DNA from: Elsinoe ampelina
Taxonomy: Eukaryota
Reading direction: 5' to 3'
Length of the DNA: 64,000 bases
NCBI GenBank assembly: GCA_010093995.1
Contig: ML992508.1
Span: forward strand, 1 to 64,000
In this document: positions 47,815 to 59,236 of the stretch, piece after piece
Numbering within the stretch: position 1 is the first letter of the stretch
Layout: the number at the start of each line of letters is the position of its first letter
Translations under genes and position numbers: made by a program
The notes under the pieces: model-generated
The model's input: only the letters and a program-made list of their open reading frames with translations
Database searches by the model: none
What the model was told of the DNA's origin: nothing

Positions 47815-48536
47815 AGTGGAGCTGATGACGGGCCGCAGGTAAGTTGAAGATGACCCAGAGTCAGTCTTGCCAATACTCATCAGTGGTCGCAGGAACCTGA
47901 CGGAGCGCCCGAGACGTATGTGGCGGACGCTGCAGAATGTTGTCCTTCAACGTCGAATGTTCAACGCAGGAGAACCTTGGGAGCGCTTAGGCGGAGTTAC
48001 GGCAGAAAGTGATGATCGAATTGCAGCCGTCTTTGAGACATTCATTGAGCCGCAACGGCTAGCTGCCTTCATAGACTCTATAGCGTGGCGAACGGTCGGC
48101 GGACGCTGAACGCCCTTCAACGGGCCAGCTCCCGACATCGTCTGGCCACGTAAAAGTCGTTTTCAAATCTCTTGGTCCCCAGTCTATCGAATATTCTAAA
48201 GCTGTGTTTCATGATTCTGGTTTCCAGACTGCTCGCGGGTAGGCCTAGAGAACTCGATGCCGTCTCAGATCCGACGTCCACATGGACTGCTAGTCTCGCC
48301 AAGGACCTTGGGTGCCATGTTGTCGGCAAGTCTACTGAATGGACCGTTTGACTATGCTGGACGAGTCAAAGGTTGCGGTGTCCCGTTAAGCCTAGATTTC
48401 ATGATATAGCAGAGTGTGTTTAGTACAAGAAGGAGGACAGAGACCATGGAAACAAGACAGCACAGCATCAGCATTACTCACATTCACTTCCTTCGAGTCT
48501 TCGATAATACCTGAGTGCCACACCACCTTCTACACC

Positions 48537-49832
48537 ATGCGCAGCTTCGTCCTCCTCTCGCTCGCCGTTGCGGCACTTGCCAGTCCTGCGCCTGCAGCTA
48601 GTCCTGTGGCCCCCAAGGGCAAAGCTTCCGAGGTCATCGCTGGCTCCTATATCGTCAAGCTCAAGGACTATTCAAGCAAGGAAGCAGTGACGTCCTTCCT
48701 TGGTCGCCAGTCTTTCCGCCGCAAGACCCCTCGCAGGACCTACCAGGCCGCCAACTTCAAAGGCTTCGCAACCGAACTTTCTGCCACGGAAAAAGCCCAA
48801 CTCGAGAAAGACTCGACCGTACGTCTTGCGTAAAATCCAAGTCTCCTGTACCTCCACTAACACTCCCTCCTAGGTCGAGTCCATCGAGCCCGACCACTGG
48901 CTCTACATCAACGGAGTCGTCAACCAGCCCTCCGCCACCTGGGGCCTCGCCAAACTCAGCCAAGGACGAGGTATCGCCTCCGGCTACCAGTACGACGAGA
49001 CCGCCGGCGCCGGCACGTGCTCCTACATCGTCGATACTGGCGTCTACACCGCGCATCCCGACTTCGGTGGCCGCGCATCGTTCGGCGTCAGCTACGAGAC
49101 GACCGACGGCACCAATACCGATGACCACGGCCATGGCACTCACGTCGCTGGCACGGTGGGGTCATCAACCTATGGCGTAGCGAAGAAGACGCAGGTTGTG
49201 GCCGTGAAGGTGTGCAACAAGAACGGCGGCTGCAGGGCGTCGGACGTTATCGCTGGGTTGCAGTGGGTCGTGAACGATCGGATTGCCCGGAACTGCTCCA
49301 TGGGTGCGGTGGTCAACCTCTCCCTTGGTACGACGTCTTCGGAGTGGACATCTGTTCGCGATGCGGTTACGACTCTTACCAATGCTGGGGTCTTTGTCGC
49401 TGTGGCGGCGGGCAACAGTGGTATTGACGCGGCTTCAAGTTACCCTGCTTCGGCCCCGAATGCTTGCACTGTTGGCGCCACAGATTCGACAGATCGACTG
49501 GCTTCGTTCTCCAACTTCGGGGCGGTGGTTGATATTCTGGCTCCCGGAGTGTACATCACTTCGCTGTCGAATTCAGGCAATGGTACAGTAAGTAGTACAT
49601 GATCGGTCTGCGCGCAAGAAGGAAGTGACTAACTCATCGATAGGCCGTCATGTCCGGTACTTCAATGGCCAGTCCCCATATCGCCGGCCTTGCTGCCTAC
49701 TTCAATGGTCTGATGAAGGTTCGACCGACGCCGGTCCAGCTCTGCGATATTATGAAAGTTCTGTCTGTTGTGAATAAGGTCAAGAACGTCCCGAGGGGTA
49801 CTTCCAACCGTCTGGCCTACAATGCGCTCTAG
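48537..49832 (+). CDS. secreted subtilisin-like serine protease, proteinase K subfamily S8A (introns 48819-48873, 49588-49643)
   Basis: Signal peptide and I9 propeptide (YIVKLK, FKGFA), ATWGL, and catalytic D (IVDTG), H (HGTHVAG) and S (SGTSMASPH), plus AAGN. Confidence 0.95.
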
Positions 49833-50522
49833 AGTTGAGACGGTCTGGTGGTCGATACTTCTTCCTGGTCATTTGTTATAGATCTCTGTAATATGTCACA
49901 ATGATGAAAATTTAGACGGCCATGTTCGCATCTTGTTGTTCGTCCTGCACGCTTCCATTCAGCTGGTATCTTCCGGATTGACAGTCCATTATTCAGGTGC
50001 TCAATTCGGGAGCCATTTCATTCCATCGTCCGCTTTGGTGGGTTCTCCTCGTCGTCTGATCCCGCGAATCACAGCTCAATATTTGCCCGCAGAATGCTTG
50101 TTCCGTTGTCGCTGATGTCGGTCGTCGGGTGTGGCCGATGATTAGATTGCACGACGTCCATCCTCGACCAATCATTGGCTCCCCCATTCTGAAGAAAGAT
50201 CCCCTCCTTCCCTTCTCGTTGTTCTTCGTGCCTTGCATTCCGCCACAATCAGAAGTCTCATTTGCTAGACTCTGCTTGGCGACGCAGGGCTGCGCATCTT
50301 TACGGTCTTACCGAAGAGCCGCCTGGAGCAAAAAAGCATGAATTGGCCGTGAAATTGCAAAAGATACGCACACGTGCCTGTGGATCTTGACGGTGATCTA
50401 CGCGAATGTCCTGTGGCGCTGGGACGACGGGTCGAGTTGAGTAAACGTCAAATACATAAGCTTCAATATGCCCCGTCGATGCCTTTCGGAGGAGATAGGA
50501 CTTCCTTTAACCTGCTGTCATC

Positions 50523-52434
50523 ATGTTCAAGACTCTGGCGCAGGCTTCACTGCTTGCCCTCACATCGGCTCAGTCTATCGCTCAAATCAATGGCAATGGC
50601 TATATCTCACCCTTCAATGGGCAGGCGGTGACTGGTGTCACTGGTGTCGTGACCGCGAAGAATGCTAATGGCTTCTTCCTAAGGTCGACGACTCCGGACA
50701 ATGACGACAGAACCAGCGAATCCATCTTCGTCTTCAACAGGACTGAGGCTGCACGACGCAACATTGGCGATGTCATCAGATTCGACGGCAGAGTCGCCGA
50801 ATTTAGGTCTACCCAGGCCTACGTCCCCCTTACCCAGCTTCAGAACCCTGTCAATGTGGTAGTTCTCTCAGGCAATGGGTCTGCTGTGCCTCAGCCATTG
50901 GTCCTGGGCACTGTCACTGATGGCATTATTGGCCGCAAGGAGCTCTTTCCACCTACTGAGCTGTACACCTCCCTTGACGATGGCGATGTCTTTGGCGTTC
51001 CAAACAATCGGTCGTTGATCTCCACAGCTGGTCGTGTTCTGCAGCCAAACCTCTACGGCATGGACTTTTGGGAATCTCTCATGGGGGAGCTTGTCACCAT
51101 TCCCAGGCCGACTGCTGCGGCTCGTCCCAACAGCTTCGGCGACACTTGGGTGTATGGTAATTGGACCGTGACCGGCTTGAACAGCCGTGGTGGTCTGACC
51201 ATCCTCAACACGGATGCCAACCCAGAAGTGCTCATAGTAGGCACACCTCTCGATGGTACTCGCAACCCCAATGCTACCCGCCTGGGCGACTCCCTCGACG
51301 ACATCACCGGCGTCATCTACCAGCAATTTGGCTTCTACTACATCCTTCCGCAAACAGCTCTGCGTGTCCGCTCCAGCCGGTCTCCAGCTCTGCCGCCAGT
51401 CACAGCTCTCGACAACAATCCATTCTGCTTCGGGTTCACCGCTGGCGACTACAATGTGGAGAACCTGTCTCCCAACAGCACCAGTCTGCAGGGCGTAGCT
51501 GGTCACATTGCCACCTACCTCAAGTCTCCGACTATGATGTTCGTGCAGGAGATTCAAGACAACAATGGACCGACCAACGACGCCGTTGTCTCCGCCAACG
51601 AGACTCTCACTGCGCTGCGAGATGAGGTGGTCCGTCGAGGTGGTGCTCGCTATGATTTCGTTGACATCGCACCCGTCGACGACGCTAACGGCGGTCAGCC
51701 AGGTGGCAACATCCGTACATCCTACCTCTACGACAGCAGATACATGAAGCTTTTCCGTCCAAACCCAGGCAATGCAACAACCGGCACTGAGATCATCCCA
51801 GCCAAATTCTTCGGTATCGGCGGCCCAACCTTGAGTCTAAACCCCGGTCTGATCGACCCAACCAACGAGGCATGGGAGGCTAGCAGAAAGCCCCTCGTTG
51901 CACAGTGGACGACATTCGATGGTATCAGCAGATTCTTCACCATCAATCTGCATTTGACCAGCAAGGGAGGATCAAGCAGTCTGCAAGGTGATCCTCGTCC
52001 GCCTGTCAACGGTGGTGTCGAGCAGAGATTGGCTCAATTGACTGTCGTCGGTGTAAGTGATGTCCTCTCATTCTCAGGAACCCAACGCTAACAACATCCA
52101 GAACTTTGTCAAGCGCATCCTCGACCTCGACCCCAACGCCGCCATCATCGTGGCCGGCGACTTCAACGAATTCGACAGCGTCGCTCCGGTGGAAGAGTTC
52201 AAGCGTATCTCCGGCATGATCAACATCAACGACGCCGCCGGCCTGGCCGAGACGGAGAGGTACACTTACCTCTTCGGGCAGAACTGTCAGGAGATTGATC
52301 AGATCTTCGTCTCGCCCAAGATTGCGAGGAGGAAGCCGCAGATTGATCACGTGCATATCAACTCGTGGGTCAGCACTGATGAGGTGGTTAGTGATCATGA
52401 CCCGAGTGTGGCCAAGATGAATATCTGTGTCTAG
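50523..52434 (+). CDS. secreted endonuclease/exonuclease/phosphatase (EEP) family nuclease with N-terminal OB-fold (intron 52053-52101)
   Basis: Signal peptide, GVVTA..GFFL...SESIFV, YNVENL, VQEIQD, SRKPL, AGDFN and SDHDP. Confidence 0.88.
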
Positions 52435-53775
52435 GAAGCAAAAGGTAGAAGAAATGTAGTGTAATGTAGAATGTTCCCATCATGCATGACTAGTGATGCT
52501 ATCGGATGTCCCCGTTTGTCAAGTTTGTGCGCAGTCGTGGACGATCACGGTTGCGTTCTCCTCCGACACGGGGGGCTGTAAGTCTCCGTTGCCGCATCAC
52601 GTGACCGATGCCGCCGATATCGACAGCGTCTGTGAGCCAAGTCTGAATATCATCATACATCACACTGAAGCGGCAGAAGCATTCGATGAATGAAGAGCCG
52701 CGACGAGGCTTGGTGTAGATCTCCCTTTCTTGGGATCCATGAGTGGGTTCTGCATGGCTTGGGGCCCGGGATGTGAGGCGATCGTGAGTTCGAGGGATGG
52801 GTCACGCAATCCACACGTCTTGGTAATGATCCTGGTGGTGAGCGCTGGCAATGCTGTTGTGCTTCAGGCAGTGAACGAACAAGTCGACTACATCATGACC
52901 CAGCTCATGTCTTGAATTCACAGCTCCTATATCCCACGCTCATGTCTGCGACTCCAAGCTACCTTTTCAGCAACGACGTCCGTGCAATGGTCAAACAAGC
53001 ACGTGTCTCGTCGTCCAAAGCATAACTTTATGCCCCCTGTCATCAATCCCCGAGCATGAACCGTGCATGCCACTGTTCTTCTCGCAAATGGACAAGAATT
53101 GAAGCTTACGCGTCGCCAAGGACACTTTATTCGCCGTAGCAGCTCCAAATGCGCCTTACAAACCACGGGAGGATCTCAGAATTGCTCATCTCATCTCAGC
53201 GAGGCAGATCAAGGGATGCAGGTCACAAAATCGCTCGGTACACATGCCGCTCGAGCTCGCGATGCAGCAGACGTCATTTCCCGCGGCGATCTGAGAATCG
53301 GGCTGCCATCGGCCATGGAACACTGCGGCTGTGTTGTTTTTGTGGGTCGCGGGCCTGGTTGATCGATTTGTGGATCCCGGAGAGATTTCCCCACACAGTT
53401 CGTCGACGTCGGATGCGGGAAGGAGTCACTTCATGGAAAAATGGAAAAAAGTCAATGCCATTTTTGGTTCGCGTCCATGGCAGGTACAAGCGAGCAGCAA
53501 GACACAGAAGGAATGTCAGCAGGCAGAATCTATTGTGAGAGTTTGAGGTTGAGGAGGATATTATTACAAGGTCGATCGATGTAGTAGCTTTCGTGACAGT
53601 AGAAGAAACAGCACGCTGTGAAATCAACCTCTTTTCAGACCATTTCCACCTCCGTGCCCTGATGTGTCGGACGCGCTTGAAACAGACTTTCACTCCTTCT
53701 CCTCCATCACCAGTGGTATCATTTGTAGTCGATTCGCAATCGAACTTGGTCGGACGTGGGTATCGGTAGGGCGAT

Positions 53776-54918
53776 TTAGAGGAGGAAGGCGGCGAGACCA
53801 GCGACGGCTCCGGCCATGGGGACGACGACCTTGCCGGCAGCACCTGTGGAAGCGGGAGCGGAGGTGGAGGCACCACCGGCGCCACCAGTAGCGGTTGATG
53901 GAGGAGTGATGGTGGAGGAAGGAGCTGGGACGCCGGAGGTAAGAGGTGGCTCAGTGCCAGCAGTGGCACCCTGGAATTGCACGGCACCAGCAGTGGCACC
54001 GGCCGCAGGGGCGGCGGTGGCATTGGCAGGGTTGAGGACCTGGTCAATGACGTGAACAACGCCGTTCTCGACAAGAACATTGGCAAGAGAGATGAGAGCT
54101 CCGTTGACGAAGAAATTGTCACCCTCCTGGTTGATGGTGAGGGAGCCGCCGTTCAGGGTTGGGACCTGAGCACCGTCGGCAAGATCGGTGGAGAAGATGA
54201 CGGAGCTGTTCACAACGTGGTAGGTGAGAACGGAAGAGATGGTCTCAGTGCTGGCGTTCGAAAGAACGGAGGCGATGTTCTGGAAGGCAGCGTTGGAGGG
54301 GGCGAAGACGGTGATGTTGTCGAGGTCGTTCACATCGTCGAGGAGCTCAGTCGCGATGAGGGCGCCAGCGAGCGAGGAGAGACCGGCAGAGGTGGCAGTG
54401 ACGGTGATGTTAGCGGGGATAGTGAGGACCTGGTCGATAACGTGGATCACACCACCAGTGAAGTTGACATCGGCTGTCACAACTGTAGAGTTGCGCTCGA
54501 GGCCAGAGAAGAAGGTAACACCACCATTAAGGGCCTGAGCCTCAAGGTACTGAGCACCCTCGACATCTTCAAAGTCGTCATCGCTGAGGGCAGTGCGTGG
54601 GAAGAGAGGACCAGTGGCGTTGAGGATGTCGGCGGCGCGGATGGTGCCGTTCAGGACGTGGTAGTTGAGAACAGCAGGGACGAGAGCTGGGTTAGCCTGA
54701 ACAGTCGCGCTGTTCTCAGCAGTGAAGCGGGCGATAGCCTCGTTGTTGGGGGCGAGAATGGTGATGCCGGTGAGACCGGAGAGGGTGTCGAGGAGGCCAG
54801 GAACGCTCTGAACGAGACCGGCCAGCGAGCTGGTCGCGTTGGTGCTGGTGAGGACCTCGGCGAGGGTCTGGGCGTTGGCAGCGCCAGCGGCGGCCAGAAG
54901 AGCGATGACTGACTTCAT
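53776..54918 (-). CDS. secreted, probably GPI-anchored fasciclin protein (two FAS1 domains)
   Basis: Signal peptide; TILAPNNEA...LNYHV...GVIHVIDQVL and TVFAPSNAAF...LTYHV...GVVHVIDQVL; Ser/Thr/Gly/Ala tail and hydrophobic C-terminus. Confidence 0.92.
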   Translation of the reverse strand: MKSVIALLAAAGAANAQTLAEVLTSTNATSSLAGLVQSVPGLLDTLSGLTGITILAPNNEAIARFTAENSATVQANPALVPAVLNYHVLNGTIRAADILNATGPLFPRTALSDDDFEDVEGAQYLEAQALNGGVTFFSGLERNSTVVTADVNFTGGVIHVIDQVLTIPANITVTATSAGLSSLAGALIATELLDDVNDLDNITVFAPSNAAFQNIASVLSNASTETISSVLTYHVVNSSVIFSTDLADGAQVPTLNGGSLTINQEGDNFFVNGALISLANVLVENGVVHVIDQVLNPANATAAPAAGATAGAVQFQGATAGTEPPLTSGVPAPSSTITPPSTATGGAGGASTSAPASTGAAGKVVVPMAGAVAGLAAFLL

Positions 54919-57065
54919 GGTGGTGGGATTTGGTGGTGAGGTGGTAGCTTCCGGGTGTGATTACTTGTCTACTGGTGGATGTAGAGAAGAGAACGAAGGG
55001 GCAGGTTGGAGGTATTTAGACTGTCAACAAAGTCATGACCCAAGTCGATGATGCCCAGCAATCAATGAGCTCATCGTACTGGATCGGGCCTCATCGAGAG
55101 GAAGCGTCATCTCCAACCGTGTTTAAGCAGCCGGGGATGGTCGAATAGAGTGTGCTTGGTGGCTTAGGCCTGCGGCGCGGGGGCACGATTCCAGGAAATC
55201 ATTCGACTTGGCGGCGATTAGACTCTGGTGAAACAACGAGGCGCGAGTTGTGCTCTCAGAGTGGTGAGAAGCACAGTCTCGTTGCCGGGGAACTGTCCTA
55301 ATGGCATGCTTGGGCGAGTAGAAGACGTCAGTGCTTCCTGTAGCTCATTTGCCCCCCTGACAGCTTTTTGATACCCATTGATGAGGCATTGAAACCTGTG
55401 CAATACCATGAGAGAAACAAATGAGACTTACACAGACTGTCGATCAAGTAATTTCCATGACAGAGACGAGCGTTCCTTCGTGCTGTGATGGACAATTGGA
55501 AACCGGCAAGGGCTGCTTGGAGGTTGATCCGCGAGCCGACAACCGTCAGTGCTTCTGCTTAGTACGCGCCTTTAGCTCCTGGGCACACCTCCTTCAGTGC
55601 TCACTCCCACAGCTCTCCAAGCTCGATGGACGGATTTCGTCGTTCTAGCCTTGTTCTCAGGTCAAGCATGCTTGGGATGTCTTGCCCACGCCATCTACTG
55701 ATCCAAAGCAACTGTGTTGTGACATACTCTGTTGCTTATCCGCGTCTTGCAAATCGAGGTATGACGACATTTTCTTTCACATGAAACGATTCAGCCTGTT
55801 CGCATGCCTGGTTGACAGGTAATGTAACAGCATGACTAGCTCACGGTAAGCGAGCATAAGCTTGTAAGTCCACAGTCGGCATGTCGGATGGCAACATCAC
55901 ACCGTCTGCATCAGGCCTACAGAGTACGCATTTGCCAAGTATACCGTCCATGACTATCCCATTGATCATTCTCTCGAGTGGTAGTCCTTGATACCTCAGG
56001 CCAACAGCGTACGTACTCTTTGACAAGCAGTAGCCGTCATATGGTATCGCATGATGGAAATGCAGCAGTAGCATCAAGCCATAAGGCTACCCGAGTACGT
56101 GTACCACGATCTGGATCCTCCACCCGGGGATTGATGCCCCGTTTGTCAGCCATTGTCAACCAGCTCAGCCACCTGATCTCTGTGTCTACAAAGTCGTCCA
56201 TGGATCGTTAGGTTCGTGGGCAGCCGTTTGGCAATCCATGCACCATTTCATCACGACGAGCCCGATATTTCTCCATGACTTGGCTCTGCTCATCACTTGC
56301 ATCTTCCATCTATTTCCAAAGCATCTGATCCACTCGACAAGCTGTACCTGCATACATTTCCCGGCGCTTGCAGGGTACAAGAGTACATGACCATTGGACA
56401 TTGATAATTTCGCAAAGGGGTCAAATCTCCCCTGCCAGCGACTTCTTTTCGAAGACGCATCGAGTTCCTGGTTCCTGCACGTAAAAGAATGGTTCAGCTG
56501 ACAGGACAGAAGGTGTGTTACCGAGGTCGGGAAATGGCGATACTTTTACAGTAGGCTCACTGGCCATGTGTTTTTAGCCTTGCCCGAGTCAAATCCATCG
56601 GCTGGATCGGAAACGAAGCGAATTTAATCGAGCTGACTGGCGATGAACCCATGATCGGACCGTGGCGCCCATGTCTCGGGGAAGCGAGGTCGAACAAGAG
56701 CTGGCAGGGCACTTGATGCATACAGGCCATCAAGTGCATGATGGTCTAGCAAGAGAAAACTTTGGAACCTTGAAGATTTGTTGCATCTCCTCTTTCGAAG
56801 CACGTGTGCGGGGAAGACGGGACGGCCATCGCCTGGACGGCAGAAGCTCCGATTTTTGACGGGGCAAATTTTGATTATTGGTCACTTTGAAATCAACGAG
56901 CTGTGAGCAATGCAATTCTGACGCATTATTTGGCCGCAGTTGGTCGCTCCAGCATTCAAGGACGTGGGTACAACAAAGGCATGTCTTTTCTATCTTCATG
57001 TGCTACATCAAGCAACAATTCCTCCTCATAATCGACCTCGGTGACTGAATCGCTCGACCCGAATC

Positions 57066-57752
57066 ATGGACACCGAGAGATGGGCAGCCGTCGTCGGACG
57101 CGACAAAACCTTTGACGGCGCATTTGTCTACTGCGTCAAGTCGACAAACATCTACTGTAGACCAACATGTGCTGCTCGATTAGCTCGTCGCGCAAATGTG
57201 CACTTCTGCGACACCGCACAGGAGGCTGAAGTCGCCGGTTTCAGACCATGCAAACGCTGCAAGCCAGAATAATTGCTATTCTACTCCCCGCAGGACGACA
57301 AGATTCAGCAAGCGTGTAACACCATCTGCGCTGCCTCGCTCGGTCCGGCGAACCCGAGGTTGCATAACCTCGCGAAAGAGGCTGGTCTGACCAAGCATCA
57401 CTTTCATCGCTTGTTCAAGAAGAAGACGGGCTTGACTCCAAAGCAGTATGCGGACGTCATGCGAGCTGGCGAAGCCGCTCTTGCAACGACCCCGACTGCT
57501 GCCACCACGAGCGACGCTACACCAATGTCGTGCTTTTCAGCTGATGGGCTGAGTCCACTTTCCGCAATGAGCCCCCCCACAATGGACGCAAGTCTCAATA
57601 GCATTCCTGACCACGCCGTTGATCCACGTCTGTTGTTCTGCGATCACACACTAAATCAATCATCACAACCGTACGTTGTGGATGAGGAATCGTGGCAGTG
57701 GTTCGACATGGACTTCACTGGAGACCCTCTAGCTGACCCTATCTCTGCTTGA
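57066..57752 (+). pseudogene. Ada-type Zn-binding methylphosphotriester-repair domain plus AraC-like HTH, interrupted by in-frame TAA at 57270-57272
   Basis: RWAAV..RD...DGAFVYCVKSTNIYCRPTC...AGFRPCKRCKPE*, then in the same frame LHNLAKEAGLTKHHFHRLFKKKTGLTPKQY. No usable intron spans the stop. Confidence 0.8.
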
Positions 57753-57865
57753 GCATATGTCTGTAAAGATCCTAGTAGCTGGTAGGGGGGCTGGTTCAGT
57801 GGCAACATGTGAATGCCAGAATTGGCATCAGATTTCGAGTCACTTTCAAGGATTGAAGCTACATT

Positions 57866-59236
57866 CTATCTCGAACCGGTGGCCTGCACCAACGCCAAAG
57901 CACTATTGACGGGAAGGTTGGTCTGATCACCTTCCCACTCCCCATTACCGTTCGGGGGACCAGGTCTCGGTGTGTTGAACACCAGCTCAAGACCAGGTCG
58001 GAACACCATACAGTGGCTGCTCCCACCAAAATGGAACATTCCCAGCTCCTGGCCCTTCTGGATGACTTGATTTTTCTGCACGGTAAACTCGCAGCTCGAA
58101 ACCTCGGCCATGCCGATATACACAATCGCCATCAACCCAATCGGCTCCTCGGCCTGGATGTATATGATACCTCTGGTTGCCACCGACGAGATGTACGGCT
58201 GCGAGTTGTTCGGCGCACTCGGGTCGAAACCCTGAAAGTTGTTCTCGCTGTAGTACGTACCCGGTACCTTGAAGATATCCACCACAGTCCCGTTGACGGG
58301 TGACCTCCAACGGTGATAGCTCAGGGCGCTGAGGAAAGCCTGGTACACGGATCCGCCGACGAATTGATTCACGTACTGGTCGTTGAAATTGAGCATGTTC
58401 GAGAGCGAGTACGGTTGGCCTTTCAGCCAGAAAGTGTCCTGAGCTAGGACATTCTTCTGGTACTGCAGAGGCGCAGATTCGCACGAATTGTTGAGGAAAT
58501 TGTTCTCGTTCGGGACTTCGACGGGGCGCATATTATCGTTGAACTCCCTGGTGAAGAATTGATCCCAATTCTGGAAACCGAGATACTCGCTGTCGCTTGG
58601 GTTGGGACAATTGTACAGCTGGGTGAAGGTGTAGGCAGTACCTCCGTCGTCGCCCTTTGTGGCGAGCAGAGTCTGGGCTTGCTGGCTGACCCACCCCCCG
58701 GTGGAGGCAGCGAGCAGCTTCTGAGAAGCTGAAGAGCCGAGGAAGCTCGTGAAGTCCGCGAGGATGGGCTCAAACATCTGGTTGACCTCAGGAAGGTACC
58801 AGAAGGCGTAGCCAGACTGTGTTCCCATGGGCCAGTCTAGGATGGCATTGATCGGGAAGCCGATGAGGCCCATGGCGTCTGGATCATCTGGCTTGTAGTA
58901 GAACTCTGGGCCGGTGACGAGGATGGTGTTCAAGGTATTAATGAAGGTTGGAAAGTCACGGATCTGAGGTTGTCCGGTCGGGTCATCGATGTATTTGGCG
59001 GGCACCTCCGTGAACATCCTAGTGGCGAGCCCGTTCAAGACCGTGTTGCTGGTCACAAAGTCGGAAAACTTCTGGATGTTTGGGCTCAAAGAGGCATTGG
59101 CTGAGTTGGCCTGCTTGACCTTTGAGTTGACCCATTGTCGAATCACTGCTCGGTCTTTTGGTAGCCAGTGTCCCAATGTTTGAGACTGACGGAACTTGGC
59201 AGCGGCATTGCTGCCTGGTTTGGTGATGCTAGACAT
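57866..59236 (-). CDS. phosphatidylserine-decarboxylase-related pyruvoyl enzyme, PsiD-like subgroup (intronless)
   Basis: GLIGFPINAILDWPMGT, WDQFFTREF, FWLKGQPYSL, YQAFLSALSYHRWRSPVNG, IGMAEVSS and self-cleavage motif GMFHFGGSSH. An upstream in-frame start is possible. Confidence 0.88.
   Translation of the reverse strand: MSSITKPGSNAAAKFRQSQTLGHWLPKDRAVIRQWVNSKVKQANSANASLSPNIQKFSDFVTSNTVLNGLATRMFTEVPAKYIDDPTGQPQIRDFPTFINTLNTILVTGPEFYYKPDDPDAMGLIGFPINAILDWPMGTQSGYAFWYLPEVNQMFEPILADFTSFLGSSASQKLLAASTGGWVSQQAQTLLATKGDDGGTAYTFTQLYNCPNPSDSEYLGFQNWDQFFTREFNDNMRPVEVPNENNFLNNSCESAPLQYQKNVLAQDTFWLKGQPYSLSNMLNFNDQYVNQFVGGSVYQAFLSALSYHRWRSPVNGTVVDIFKVPGTYYSENNFQGFDPSAPNNSQPYISSVATRGIIYIQAEEPIGLMAIVYIGMAEVSSCEFTVQKNQVIQKGQELGMFHFGGSSHCMVFRPGLELVFNTPRPGPPNGNGEWEGDQTNLPVNSALALVQATGSR

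Noticed and set aside
53977..54912. 311-aa Gly/Asp/Glu/Val-rich plus-strand ORF
   Set aside because: Antisense mirror of the strongly codon-biased fasciclin gene.
55000..57050. Short broken minus-strand ORFs as a pseudogene
   Set aside because: No family recognisable by eye; would need a translated search.
57235..57293. Intron removing the Ada TAA (the CCCCGCAG looks like an acceptor)
   Set aside because: There is no GT donor after the essential CKRC. A GC donor inside the Cys codon would create TGA, and upstream donors would delete Zn ligands.
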